Of a stretch of DNA of 64,000 nucleotides, positions 1 to 13,236 are shown one piece after another (the first letter of the stretch is position 1; every line of letters starts with the position of its first letter). The stretch is taken from NCBI GenBank assembly GCA_001949185.1, contig BDGG01000011.1:827552-891551 (forward strand), given 5' to 3'. The notes beneath the pieces are model-generated. The model worked only from the letters and a program-made list of their open reading frames with translations. It was not told where the DNA came from and made no database searches. Source of the stretch: Ramazzottius varieornatus (taxonomy: Eukaryota; Animalia; Tardigrada). The position numbers and the translations under genes were made by a program.

Positions 1-123
1 TAAGTCGGACGTCTTGGCCTGTTTGTTCATCGTAACTTCCGAGCATCGTCACTTTTTACGATGGCGATAAGTGCTGAAACTGGCGTCAGGAAACATTATG
101 CGAATATATCTCTTCTCTTACAG

Positions 124-1068
124 CTTACAGTCCCGGCGGTGCCACGGAAGCTGGCAAAGGCGTCACTTACGTTGACTGCTCATCGCCTACCGGTAACAAT
201 AAGGCCGGTCCTAACACCGTTTGTGCCGTCAGGCCCGAATCCTTTGGAGCCTGCAACCAAAAGAACAACTTCGGCTACACCACCGGACAACCCTGCGTTC
301 TTCTCAAACTCAACAGAGTAAGTTTTGCAGAAGTATTTCTATCGGGGCTCTTTGTACAGTTAGAAGTGAAAGCTCGGTAAACAAGCGCGACAAGATATCT
401 TTCGCTAGTGCCCGCGGTCTCGATACGTTCTCGATATCACTGGCTGAAGGCGTGCGCTACCTGGAAAGCACGACATGCCCATTTCCCCAAGTGGCGCACT
501 TTTACAGCTTTGTTGGCTGATAGAGTGCGCCAGTTGGAAATCTCGTGGAGTTTGTTTTCCCAAGTGGCGCACGTTCCTAGTGTTACTGCCTGGAAGTGCG
601 CGCCACTTGAAAGAGATGATCTTGTTGAGTTTTCTTGCCAATGTATTGTTACTGGTGAGCGAGGTTTGAGTTTTGCTGTTGTAGATATTCAACTGGGAAC
701 CAAAGACATACTCGACGGCTGACTTGCCTCAAGAGCTGAACGATTGGTACAAGCGACAAGGCAACAATCGCCCCATCACCCAGCAAGTGCCTCAAGGCGA
801 CCAAATCTTCATCACCTGCGAAGGCGAAGATCCCGTCGACAAGGAACACATCGGCCCGATCCAGCTCAGCCCGCCAACCATCTCCAAGAACTACTTCCCA
901 TACCTCAAGCAAGACGGCTACCTGTCGCCGGTCGTCATGGTCCAGTTCCTCAACCCCGATCCCGGCTTCATCATCAACGTCGAATGCCGCGCTTGGGCCC
1001 AGAACATCCGTCAAAGCCGCATCGACCGGCTGGGTGTTGTCCACTTTGAGCTGCTAGTCGATCGTTAA
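124..1068 (+). CDS. Na+/K+-ATPase beta subunit (nervana-like), last two exons; 5' part lies outside the window
   Basis: Exons 124-317 and 685-1068 with GT-AG boundaries join to give ...CNQKNNFGYTTGQPCVLLKLNR|IFNWEP...YFPYLKQDGYLSPVVMVQF...INVECRAWAQNI...GVVHFELLVDR*, typical of the beta-subunit ectodomain. Confidence 0.93.
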
Positions 1069-2605
1069 ACTATATCAGTCTATTGTGTCATTCCTCGATC
1101 ATTCATTACACGATGTTCTTGTTGAGTGTGAGTGCGAAGGTCGTCGGAACTTTCATGAGATGAACGGTGTTTTAAGTTATATCCTGTAGCATACTGGTAA
1201 TAGTGTCGGCTTTTTCGTTTTTGAGCTATCTCTGCGGTCTCTCTCGTTTTCTCTCAGTTTAAACACCGTAGTCTCTGTGTAAGTTTATCCACTGTCTAGC
1301 ATTTTCTTCTCTCTACAGGTGAATATCTTTGTGAGCAGCGTTTTTTGTGGGACAGTGGCTTGTGTTGGTTGAATGTCGCAGCTTGTGATAACTGATAAGT
1401 CAATACATAAAAGTGAAAGACTAGAACGAGAAACCTGATGCGTCGCCGAACTTGTTTAATATCGAGCAAACGAAATTCTGATTGCGTAAGAGATACTGTA
1501 CACCAGTCGCACTAGAAATTCAAGTTCGCGTGAAGTTGCACCCATACGGAACGGAAGAGACAAAATCTAAGGCCGAAATGCAGGTCTACGTGCATCAGTT
1601 TTTATTGGCAGCGATAAACAAACATTGTTTCTTGACGGGGGCCTTCACTTACAGTGTAGGCAAAGGTACTCTAAGAGGGGGCAAGGCCAAAATCGACGTG
1701 ACGCAAAAAGCAAACAGCTGATCAAGCTGCAATCCAGAGACGTGAAGTGCCGCTTGATCTGCTGATTACTTCGAGCCGGAGTTTCTACGTCACCTGTCGA
1801 AAACTCGATTTTGGCCCTCCCCCTTTTAGAGTAACTTAATTGCCCACACTGTACTTGCCGACGGCGCAATTCGATTATTCAGAGTTTGTATAAAAAGCTT
1901 GCTTGCCGTCTTCCAGGAAACGCATACCCGAAAGCTGCTACTCCACGGCATAAAATCTAAGACCCATAAAACAACGATCAGAAAGTCCATCATGTCGAGT
2001 TTCGCAAGTGGCGCACACTTTCCAGTGTCAGCAGGTGGAAGCCGCGAAAATGTTTGGCCAACTGACGCACGCTCACAGTCATCAACACTGTACGTGTGCG
2101 CCACTTGGGTAAACGATCGTGTCCAGTTCTTTTCCGAGCTTCCAGTTTGTTTTCCGGTTGTCCGTTAGAATTTCATTACCATCGAGCTCGAGTTAGTCTC
2201 TTTATCTACAGTATATCTGTTCAAAAATCCCTTCCACGCATGGTTACAAGTTCAACGAGCTAGAATTCTTTCTTTCGATTTCAAGAACTAACTCGATTCA
2301 TGACCGCGAACCCGTACGTTCAACTCGTAAATTCGAGTCTACCTCGAACCACGAAGCAGAATGCCTTTCGAAATGAAAAATGTTCGGCAAAATCATTTGG
2401 ATATGATCAGCTACAGGTCGATAGCTAGATTCTTGGGCTGGACAGGAAGTCCGTTGGATGGTTGAAGCGCGTGCGACTTTGAAACCTTCTTCCTCGTTTT
2501 ATTGATAATATTCTAGTTTTCGGCCAAAGATAGCGACACTGCTAGTGTTCGTTATATCTGTGTGCTTCTTTCTAGTAATCTAGATCCAACGCCTGCTGTT
2601 AAACC

Positions 2606-3700
2606 ATGGAGTACTTTCTCAAATGTTGGTTGATCCTGTCGGTAAGCGCAGGTACGTGAATAAAGCGCCATGACACTAGGCAGTGCTGCCCCCTTTGGTT
2701 TGCCTTCCCATTATGAAAAATCCAATTTGCTCTCTTACGGTTCCTACTTGTGGGTAAATCTGGCTCGTTCGAATTAGCGAAAACTACAACTAGTAAATCG
2801 TCTATCCCAAGCAGTGAAAAAGTAAGACTTGACGGCCAGATGGAGCATTCCTGCGTTAGAAAAAGATTTTGGTGCTTTCTAGGACTATGGGCGAAAACCA
2901 GCGGTCAGTTCTTCGGCTTCCCCTTTTTCTCTTTGTGGCCTAACCCTCTCGCGTTCTGGGCGGCGGGAGGGGCTGGCGTAGGCGCTCAGGTGAGAGTACA
3001 AATCTAGTAAATTTGGGAACGTATGACACGAGTCGATTGTTTCACGTGGTCGGGTTTCTGCAGTACTGCAGTCCTACCAACTTTTCCAAAACTCAGTGCG
3101 ACTCCTGTATTTTTCGTCGAATTTTTCTTGTAGATTCCAGATATAGGCCTTGCGGGTAACCAAGACGATATCCGCCAGTTTTGGCCCAGCTTTCGCTCGC
3201 TTCAAGAACGAGCAGAAACCAAGCCAGTGAACAATACAGCAGCCGCCATTACGAACTCTACAGCAGCCGCCATTACGAACTCTACAGCAGCCGCCATTAC
3301 GAACTCTACAGCAGCCGCCATTAGCCCCGCTGTAGCTGACTTGCCAGACAGAAAATCAGCCAAAGTGGCGGGTAACGCTACTGCGAGCAGCTCTACCAAT
3401 TCGACCAGCGATGATACCGCTAAAGCTCCATCCAAACCGCGCAGTATCGCTAACAATGCAGCGGGCAACGCCTTATCGCTTCCAGCTCCCGATCAGAGAC
3501 CCTTGTCGGTGGTGCAGCAGCGTCAAGTCCTCAGTTCATCTTTGACAGCCTTGGACCAAGGAGCGGAGTCGACGGCCAAGCCGAAAGTGGCTGAGGCGGA
3601 GACAGCAGTAACAAAGCTGATTTCGAAACGTCCGAGAAAGCGGACCACTGCTAAAGAAAAACCCTCAAAAGCCGTAGAGAGCTTTTCAACTACATTTTGA
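2606..3700 (+). CDS. Orphan putative secreted protein (~239 aa) with Ala/Thr/Ser-rich repeats
   Basis: Exons 2606-2651, 2883-2989 and 3134-3700 are phase-compatible (720 nt). Signal-peptide-like MEYFLKCWLILSVSAGLWAKTSG, then QFFGFPFFSLWPNP, (TNSTAAAI)n repeats and a basic tail. Confidence 0.6.
3235..3323 (+). repeat. 24-bp coding tandem repeat (TACAGCAGCCGCCATTACGAACTC) x3.7
   Basis: Perfect tandem copies read directly from the sequence; encodes TAAAITNS. Confidence 0.95.
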
Positions 3701-5677
3701 TTTAATCTAGATTCTGGCAGATCATGCGCGCACGCGCGCCAATTTTTTGCGCTGAAGAGATCTCTGCCATCTGCAAAATCTGTGAAACGTCCAGAAATAT
3801 TGCTAGCACGTGATATGGTAGCCCGGTAAACAATCTCGACAAGATTGCGTTCTCAAGTGGCGCACCTGGTCGGTGCCAATGGCTGGTGACGTCCGCCACT
3901 TGGTACAGCGAACTCACCCGAATCTGTTTGTCCAAGTTTCATCCGGCACGCTGATCTTCGGTATACAATTATCTGCTATGACTAGTTTCTAACATATTGC
4001 GGTTCAAGATTCGAGATACGACCAGCGCAAAAGAAATTACGGTTTGGTCGAATATACATGACAGGGTCTTTAATGGTCGGAAGTGAGTGAGTTTACAGGG
4101 AACGCGCCGGTTAAGCTAATCAGGAAAGCACCTGCAGTGCAATTTCCCCGTCTAATCTAATTTCTTACACATTTAAATTGTCAAGTTGGCCTCTGGCCCT
4201 GTGATTGGACGTTGATTCGACAGTGACAGCACTTGCGTGATAACTTTCAACTAAGTAACTCAATGCTGCATTGCCTGCATGGCGATCTCGAGTTACACGA
4301 CACAACGCTCAAAGCTCAAAGCAATGTACATTAGCCGTCCAGCGTCGACAAAACATTATCGATCATGGCCCTAATAGACCATCTGATCCAACATAATCGA
4401 ATTTGTTCCAAGAGGAAATTACCCATAATTGAATAACTGCCCAGCCAAAAGTCTGATCACTTTTCTTGTCACCACAGATTAATCTATTTGTCCCTCATTC
4501 ATCTCGCCACTTCCGCGCAGTACCATAACATTCAGCACGGTAAATGCCCTTGACGGAGTCTAAATTTCGTTCAGCCAGCCAACTATAGTATAAACAGCCA
4601 ACTTCCTTGTTTGGAGAGTCGATGGCGCGACCGCGACGGTATTTCTCCCAAGTGACGCACGTTTTCAGTGTTTTTGGCCAAGAGCGTGCGCCACTTGGGA
4701 AAACAGTCATGTTCAAGTTCTTTACCGACGTCCCATGCAATTACTGAGTCTAAATTTGCGGAAGCACGCTTAGTTTCGAACTTTTGGCCGGGTACTGTTC
4801 CCAACAACATGGTGAATTTTGCTTAGCTGACACCTATTTTCGAAGGGAAAGTTCAACCTTTATAGTGGACGCGGGGACAAACAAGACCCTGTGTGTGTCC
4901 GGCGAAGAATGCTGTTTGCATGGACAGTGTTGGATACGATGACAGGTTGGATGTGAAAAGGAGTTAATACGATGGGAGGAGATGCTGCTGCGTGCGATGA
5001 TTAGCTGGATAGTTTTGACAAAAGGGCAGAAATGGGACAAACAACCTAGCTGCGATGACATGGGGCGGTAACGGAGGAATGCGGCCACAGTGGCCCATCA
5101 ATTCCTACCTTTACAGGGCAACAAGCAATGTCACGCTTGATTGGCGCTTCATTTGTCCCAACTGTACAGCTTGTCACGAGAATTTACAATCATTTAGCCC
5201 TCATTACTGCCGTTCAATCGAACGAGTCAATGGACACTTTCACCATCAAGCGCCGCTGAATGTGAGGTCTTGCGTGTCACAAACAGTCAGTCATATTCAA
5301 ACGTCTTTCTCTCCACACTTCACCCTCAATACTGATTAACTTTCTCATATCAAACCAGTACACCCTTCCTTCTTCAGTACAAGTTGACAAAAGCGCCATG
5401 GACAAATCGTAAATACGAATGATGTACTACGTGGGCTCTTTCGGCCGCTCCGACATACTTGACAAGCGCGGTGTAACCACCCGGACCAACATACGCAGCG
5501 TTGCGTATCTTGTGCGGTACTTGTCTGATGCTGCGAAACTCTTATTGGCAAGTCAGCTACAGGATTCTCGACTTTCTGATACACAGTGCGCATCTTCCTA
5601 TTTTACTGTCCCTTTTTACAAAGTGAGATTCTCATTCTAGTCGGAGCGTGTAAGGGAACGCGATAGCCTTGTGCTTG

Positions 5678-7607
5678 ATGATCGCTGCGTCCAGCATGAC
5701 CTCACCGCCGGTAATGTCAACATCTTTGGCCACCTCAACACCTGCTGCATTGCGCTATTCAATCAACGATATCCTTGGCTTAAAACTGGATCACAATCAA
5801 AGCTACCATTTACCTGGTGCACAGTTGCTTACTTCGCACTCGACTGATCCTCTCAAAGACGCCGCCGACGATTATTATTCGCTGTTTTCGAGGAAAACGG
5901 ATACTAATCTTCCGCCTTTGAAAAAACACCACCTGATGTCCAACACGCCATCTCAATCTGAGATGAGTGAACCCAGCGTGCAAGGAAATCATAACGGTAA
6001 GTCAACTCGAAGCAACAATCCGGAGCTCGGCAAACAAACTGATCGTTTTCTTCGAAGTGGCGCACCCTTTTAGCCAATTGACATGGTAGTATGCGCAAAT
6101 TGGCATGGAAAAACGATCTACTTATTCCATGTGGCGCACGTTTTTGGCCAAGACAATTGTACACATGCGCCATTTGGGGAGATAATCTAGTGAAGATGGT
6201 TTTCCTACCGATTGCTACTGATGGGATAACTATATGAATATCGCAAACACGGTTTATCTGTAGCTTTTAGCGAGAAAGATGACCAGAAAGACAGGACCAG
6301 CGAGTGTGTTAGGATGGACGACGAGGAGAATAGCCTTGATGGGTCCTCGAAAGTCAGCGCAGTTTCTTCGGCGCCCAACAGTCCGTCCTACGAACCACCA
6401 GACTCAAACACGACCCAGACCGGTTCCTCCAGTCGAACAGAACCCAATAACGACAACCAGCTATCCCATGCGTCGGACGGTTCAAGGACGAAGGGTGACG
6501 GCAAGGCAAAGGTCAAGAAAGAAGGAGGGAAAAGCAGCCTTAAGAAACATCGTCGGAACCGCACGACCTTCACCACCTTTCAGTTGGTAGGGGGGGGGAC
6601 TTGAATGCTCAATGAAAAACATTACTATTCAACATCGTGTGTTGATTAAAGGACATCAATTTCCCTTTTCATAGCACCAACTGGAACGCGCCTTTGATAA
6701 ATCTCACTATCCTGACGTTTACGCACGCGAAGAGCTGGCCAGCCGCGTAACGCTGCCGGAAGTTCGCGTTCAGGTAAACATCTGCCTGATATTGGCATAT
6801 CCTTTACTCTCCAGAAGCACCTAATGTATCTTTAGCATTTAACAGCCCAAAAAAATGGTCGTGTCACAAAACTTCGTAAAATAAGGCCGGCAAACAATCT
6901 CGGGCTGATCGTAATTTCAAGTGGCGCAGTCTTCGTTCTTATTGGCTGGAAACGTGCACGCCTTGAGATGACCATCGTCTCGAGATAGTTTGCTGGCCTC
7001 CCGCATTTATTGAATTCGGTTCAACATCAATCATCATTAATTTCACTAATCGCTTATTTTATAAGATTTTGTATATCTATATAAGATTCTCCAGAACTGG
7101 CCTCGTTGCAAAATTTTTCGGTGTCATTCCATCGATGATACTATCCACGCATCCATGCAGGTCTGGTTTCAAAATCGACGAGCAAAGTGGCGCAGACAGG
7201 AGAAACTGGAATCGCAGCACTTCAAGCTGAACTGCGGAAGCCTGCCGTGCGACATGGGTTCCCCGCCAGGTGGCGTCAACGTAGCCAACATGGCTGTAAA
7301 TGACAACACTTTCTCGCAGCTGATGCTGCTCAACAAGCCGCCGTCGCAGGGTCCTAGCCACTTCTCCAACTTCCTCATGCAGCAGAGCGTAACACACAAC
7401 CGTCAAGGAATGCCTTCCATCCCACCTTTATCCTCCTTCTTTTCTTCCCCCTTCTCCCCGTCGTATCTGCCGGGGCAGGCGGATTACCCGCAGTCGACGG
7501 AAACGGTAGATGGAGCTGCAAGCTCTGGCTTCGCCCAGCCCTTACACACACTACGCAAGAAAGCCCGCGAGCACCTCAATTTCCTTTCCAAAGATTATCG
7601 ACATTAA
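5678..7607 (+). CDS. Rx: Retinal homeobox protein (paired-like Q50 homeodomain)
   Basis: Exons 5678-5996, 6264-6586, 6675-6773, 7161-7607. Octapeptide RYSINDILG; homeodomain [63 protein letters not shown] (Rx-diagnostic); C-terminal OAR-like [11 protein letters not shown]. Confidence 0.93.
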
Positions 7608-9012
7608 CCCTCCACCAGGACATGCTTTACTGTAAGGCTCTTAGCCATAGCTATACCATGTTTTTCGCGTTGTCGCATTTTATCCTTCTCTAACCACCGA
7701 ACTGCAGCTGGCGGAAAGCTCAGATCTTCTCATGTCAGTCCAAGTTGCCAAACCACCGCATAAACCTGCAATCAGCTTGAAAAACGTAGAATTTTTCATC
7801 TCTGTGCAACGTTCTATTTTTTGACTTATGGTATCTTCGACATAGAGGCCGCCTTTCAATGAACATTTCCAGCACCTAAGTATAACGCCTAGGTTCCGGT
7901 CAGAGGCAAGTACGAAGTTTCGCCACTTCACGGTCAGTTCAATGATTATATTAAAGCAATAATCAGAGAAGACTGGCCCAGCGTGCACGCCATGGTCGCC
8001 CGAGGTATGTGTTATCCGATAATTGGCAGGAAATTGAAGGACTAATTGACGAGGCGGATATCACCTGATCTTTTCATGTCAGCCTGTCACTGGCTCATCG
8101 CTGTACCGTATGATCAGCTAAAAGGCCGCATCCATCCGATGGCACTGTTGTTAAATTCGATTCTGTAGCCAGAACTCGCCGGCGGACTACAGCCCCCCTG
8201 TCATGAGTTTCTTGGGTCGTCAAGAACTCGTTTTGAAGCACACTACCTGCCCGACGATGTGTCGTAAGTATGGTCGGCTGCGAGTCTAAAAGGAGTTGGC
8301 AGCTGTGAAAAACTAGTCGATCAAATCGTTTTTCCTGAGTGGCGCACGCTATCAGCCAACAATACTGACAGCGTGTGCCACTTCGACTCTGTTGGAGGAG
8401 CTTCCGTTTCTGATGAGAACAGTAACGAAGTTAACAGCCAGGGCGATCTCGCCAACGGAAAGCAGACATGGGACAATGGGTCGAGAAGGGAGAGTTCTAA
8501 TACTGTACGTCTCAATTAGCAGCCAATATTCATGTAGTGGATTAGCACACTTCACTAATTAACCCGACGCCATGTCTTTGCATAGCTAAGCGCCCACTAA
8601 CGCTCGTTATCGACTCCGTCCTGTCAATTACGGTCCAAGCACTGATACGAAGTGGACCTCATCACAGGCAGGACTAGATTTCGGCGACCAATGAGTTGCT
8701 GAGTAAATATGATGTGAATGAGAAAAGAGGAGGAGCTCGTCTCATAAGCACAATACTGTGTACTGGATTACGCGTGACGCAGAGACAAGTTTGACGAGGA
8801 GGACAAACCACTTTAATAATTCTTCACCACGTCATGTTTATAGTCGCTGTCCTTCCTAACATGCAAATATCCAGTCATCGGTTGCGGCAAGAGCCAACGT
8901 GGACCTGATGCAACTCAGGCAAACCTGTCGTTCCTCGATGTGAGGATCCGCTGACCTTTTAAGTTTATTGCTGGAGAGTAATTTTACCGTTGTGAGCAGG
9001 GTTGCGTTTGTG

Positions 9013-12000
9013 ATGGATTTCTTCGCCAACCCACGCTACTACAGCATCGAGAACATGCTGAACTGCACGTCCAACAAGCTGCCAACAAAAGATAAGGAGC
9101 CTTCCGTCCAGGCGGAAAAAGAGCAAAAGGAAATGACGGGACATTCGGCTTCACCAGCGGCAGACACCCAGATGGTCAGCGCGAGTTCTCATCTGCAACG
9201 GGACAGTGTACTGCACTCCAACAGACATACTTCCTGCCAGTCTACACCCCACCATGAGGACATACCCAGACCATCAAACGGTAAGATTCCTGCTCTAGGC
9301 TTTCTTTTGCTGTTGGGCAAGCTTGTATGAACTCGACAACAGATCGTTCTCCCAAGTGGCGCACGCACCCAGCCATGGGTAACGAAAGCGTGCGCCACTT
9401 AGAGGTGGTTTCACAAGTGGCGCACGTTTCCAGGGTGGAAGGCTGTAAGCGTGCGCCACTGGGAGATACGAGGTTGTCGAGTCTGTCTGCCGAGCTCCCA
9501 ATACTGAATCCTACATGGTCCAAAACATGGTCTTTTCCATCCAGACAAGGACCATGGTCGAACAATGGACAAGGAAGTGGACGATGCAAAGCCGGCTCAA
9601 GACGAGGAAGAAGACCTATCCTTGTCAGACGAAGCTAACTCGCACTGTATGGACGTCGTCGAGGAAGGTCCTCACAGTCCGTCCACTTCACGTCAAAAAG
9701 GCCGAGGACGAAAGATTCGGCGCAGTCGAACCACCTTCACCACCTATCAACTCCACCAATTGGAGAGGTCGTTTGACAAGACGCAATACCCTGATGTCTT
9801 TACCCGTGAAGAGCTAGCTTACCGCTTGGAACTGAGCGAAGCCAGAGTTCAGGTCAGTTTACAAGCTAGATGAAGCTTTTCTTGTGGCACCAAGTCCGAT
9901 CAGATGTCAGTCCGGCTATACACAGTATTGTACCAGTGGGGGGTTAATAAGTAATTAGTCCTCGCTTTCACGGCTCATTATATCCCATTTGATGCTAATT
10001 AGTCAGGCCTCTTCAGACTGCTTAGACCAAGAGCAATCTGCCCAAGCAATGGATATTGTGCCTGGCAGCTTCAGAATTAGATTAAACAAGGCAGTAATGA
10101 CGGCCAGTCTGCGACTGCGTAATTCTATCGCTGTAATCCCATCAATTATCCCTTGCAGCTACTACCGTTAATTACCGGCTATCCAATCCGTCCATCTGCT
10201 CGTCGCTTTGCATAGTGATCACATTCAGATAATTTTCATTACTGGCACGTTAACTCAATAAGTGGGTAATGATGGGACTTGGGCGCACGCAAGCCAGCCG
10301 AAGGGATAAAAGGGCGTACTTTGACAAATGGATAATTTGTTTTAACAAGGAATTAATATCGGCCTAAGTTGGAGTTGATGTTGCATGCATATGGTCAATC
10401 AGGGCAAATTCAATCGAAGTGGAGGGTAAATACAGTGGCGATATTAGCAAACGGCCGCCAATTTCAGAGCTGTTCAATGGCCACCAAACTTGATGTTGAT
10501 GATCAGCCTATTGAGGAAGTGGAGTGGAGCGCTTTATTGGGCAACTGCTGCAAACACAAGTTGACCATGATATTGCCATTGCCATTGCCTTTTCTAAACC
10601 AAGAGGCAATTTCCGCTGTGCCTCTATTCAATAAAGTTGCAAGCAGTGGAGCAGACTTTGTTTGAACGGCCATGTCATCGCTTATTAAGTTTATTAAAGA
10701 GCCAACCAACTGTTAATATCAGCATGATTACACATTTGATCAGCGCAGATTAAGACCGCAGGCTATTTCATACAACTTTACACAGCGGACCTTCACAAAA
10801 ACATACGCAAATCTTTTGACGAAAGCAGCTGGAAACCACCACGACCTTGCACGAAGAATTCAGTTTTATAGCCGCCGACGCGCTCTTAACGTATCTTGAT
10901 GAGCCTACGCAACGTCTTTTTCTACCTCGAATTTTATGCCGCGCACAGCCAAAGTCTAAAGGGGCGGTCGGTAAAGAAACTGGCGCACGCTTTCAGCGTT
11001 ATTGGCTGGGAGTGTGCGCCACTTGAAGTTACGAATTTATAGGATTCGTTTGCCGGAATCTTGAAAAATTTTTAGTGAAAGGAATTCGATCGACAAATTT
11101 AGTGACGAGGGTTTTGAAGTCTGGGAAATCTGCTCGTTCAGCACAGTTAGACAATGAGGAGATTGCACGAAGATGCGCAAACTCTTCTTGGGTTAAACCG
11201 AACCGGATTGACAATAGCTGACAATGGTAACTTTATCTCAAGCTACGACTAAGACAGTAATTACGGAGAAAGGCGGACAACAGGTACTTATCAGGTAATG
11301 CTCTGCTGCCATTGTTCAACCTGCCTCCTTCAACAGCAGGATTAAGTCCGTCAAAGCTATAAACGAACGATGAAGCGAGCTGCTGTCCGTCAATTTTCTC
11401 GTTGAAGATGTCAAGCCATCGCACGCGCTGGCAGCATACCACTGTTAAGACTTCAAAGCTCGAATAGTGCTCACGATTATCCTTTGACAGGTTTGGTTTC
11501 AAAATCGGCGAGCCAAATACCGTAAACGTGAAAAGTTCCAGCCACAAGACTTTCCAACTGCATCGGCGGCTAATCATAACCTACAAGCTTTCTTCGGCCT
11601 CAATGGCAATGGCAGTACCGCTAGCCATCTACAGCAACAACTTCATTGCCGCAACGCCTCTCTAGTGCCCGATTTTGCCTTTCAACAAGGTGAGTCCCGA
11701 ATTTAAACTCGGGAGATCGGCAAACGAAGCATACAAGATCGTAATGTGAAGTGGCGCACGTTCTGATTGTTATGAGCGGGAGCAATGCGCCACTTGTGGA
11801 AACGTACAGAACGCTGTTATTCCAGGTGGCGCACTCTTTCAGTGTTACTAGCTGAAATACTGCGCCACTTGACATAACGATCTTGCACGTTTCGTTTGCT
11901 GGCCTGATCCCATCTTGAATGGTCCACGTATAGCACCGCCTTAACCTTTCCTACTTTCTAACAGGGCGACATGCTTCTTTTGCGCCAGTGTCGGCCGGTT

Positions 12001-12413
12001 CTCTGAACGCCCCTTCGCCCTCTCCAGAACATTTACTAGCCCATCTGAGAAAATATCCGCCTGTCCATCCCGCAGCCTTCAACATCGGACCCGGAAGTGG
12101 ACCTTTCATGGCTTCGGGGCCTTACAGTCTGGAAGCACAGCTCAGCATACGCCAACACTTTTTCCACATGCTGATGGAAACAAAGTCGCCACATGCGCCT
12201 TTCCCAACAATGGATATTCCCCCGAGATCTTCCACACCTTCCACAAGTACAATAAAAGACAAGAGAAACGCAATTAACCGGCCTCTACCGGAAGACCTCA
12301 AAAAGACCAGCCTGGATCTGCTACGATTCAAGGCTAAAGAACATTCCTCTTCTATAGGCTCCTCCGCTCATCACTCGCAACGAAACGGCGAGGACGCCCT
12401 TCAAGCAACATGA
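9013..12413 (+). CDS. hbn: Homeobrain (paired-like Q50 homeodomain)
   Basis: Exons 9013-9280, 9545-9852, 11491-11689, 11965-12413. Octapeptide YYSIENMLN; homeodomain [63 protein letters not shown] (RRSRTTF...[11 protein letters not shown] is the hbn type); [16 protein letters not shown]. Confidence 0.88.
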
Positions 12414-13236
12414 GAACATTTCGCTATAAAGTAATTTTCTTCCAAAGTTGACTGTCGGAATAGCATCTCGAAAAATAAACAGAGTTTCTGAATATGTACC
12501 AGTTATCTCGCATGGATAACAGCTATCACCTCGGATCATAAAAAAGACTCGCTGGGAAAATCAAAACGGTAACTGGTGTAAATTGGGACATCGCGAGACC
12601 AGCACGACAAGATCGCTTTTGCTGAGTGGCGCACGCTTCTAGCCAATAGCGTTAAAGACATGCGTCACTTAGGAAAACTCGACAAGATTGTCTTTCGGGT
12701 GACGCACGCTCACGGTCAATCATGGTGGAACGTGCGCCACTTGAGAAAGCGATGTTGTCGGATTTCTCAAGAGGCGCACGCTCCTAGCCATTAAAACTGT
12801 GAGCCTGCGGAACTTGAAAAGATGATCTCGTTGAGTTCGTCTGGCGAGCTTCCATAAGTTTATTCTTCGATACAAAAGAAAGAATCCCAGTGACGTGCAG
12901 GCACGATCAAGACTCGGCATGACTGTGAGAGGATTCAGTGGAAAACGCGACGTGTCCACTTTTACTAATCTTTGGTGATCAACATGAAAGATTTGGAGGC
13001 GAAAAATGAGGCATGATGATAATCTGTCTGGTTACACCTTCGGCGCCAACCATCGCTCTTGACAGCCCTCAAAACACGACTCAATTAGAATGTTGTTAAT
13101 CTTCTGGGCCGTTCCAGCGATTCGTATTACCGACAAGTGGACCATTCACCACTCAAAGTTGGGCAACACGGGTTTAACAGACGATAATGAGAAGCGCGGT
13201 TTTACCTAGTTTAGAAGAGCAAGTAAGCCAACAGCG

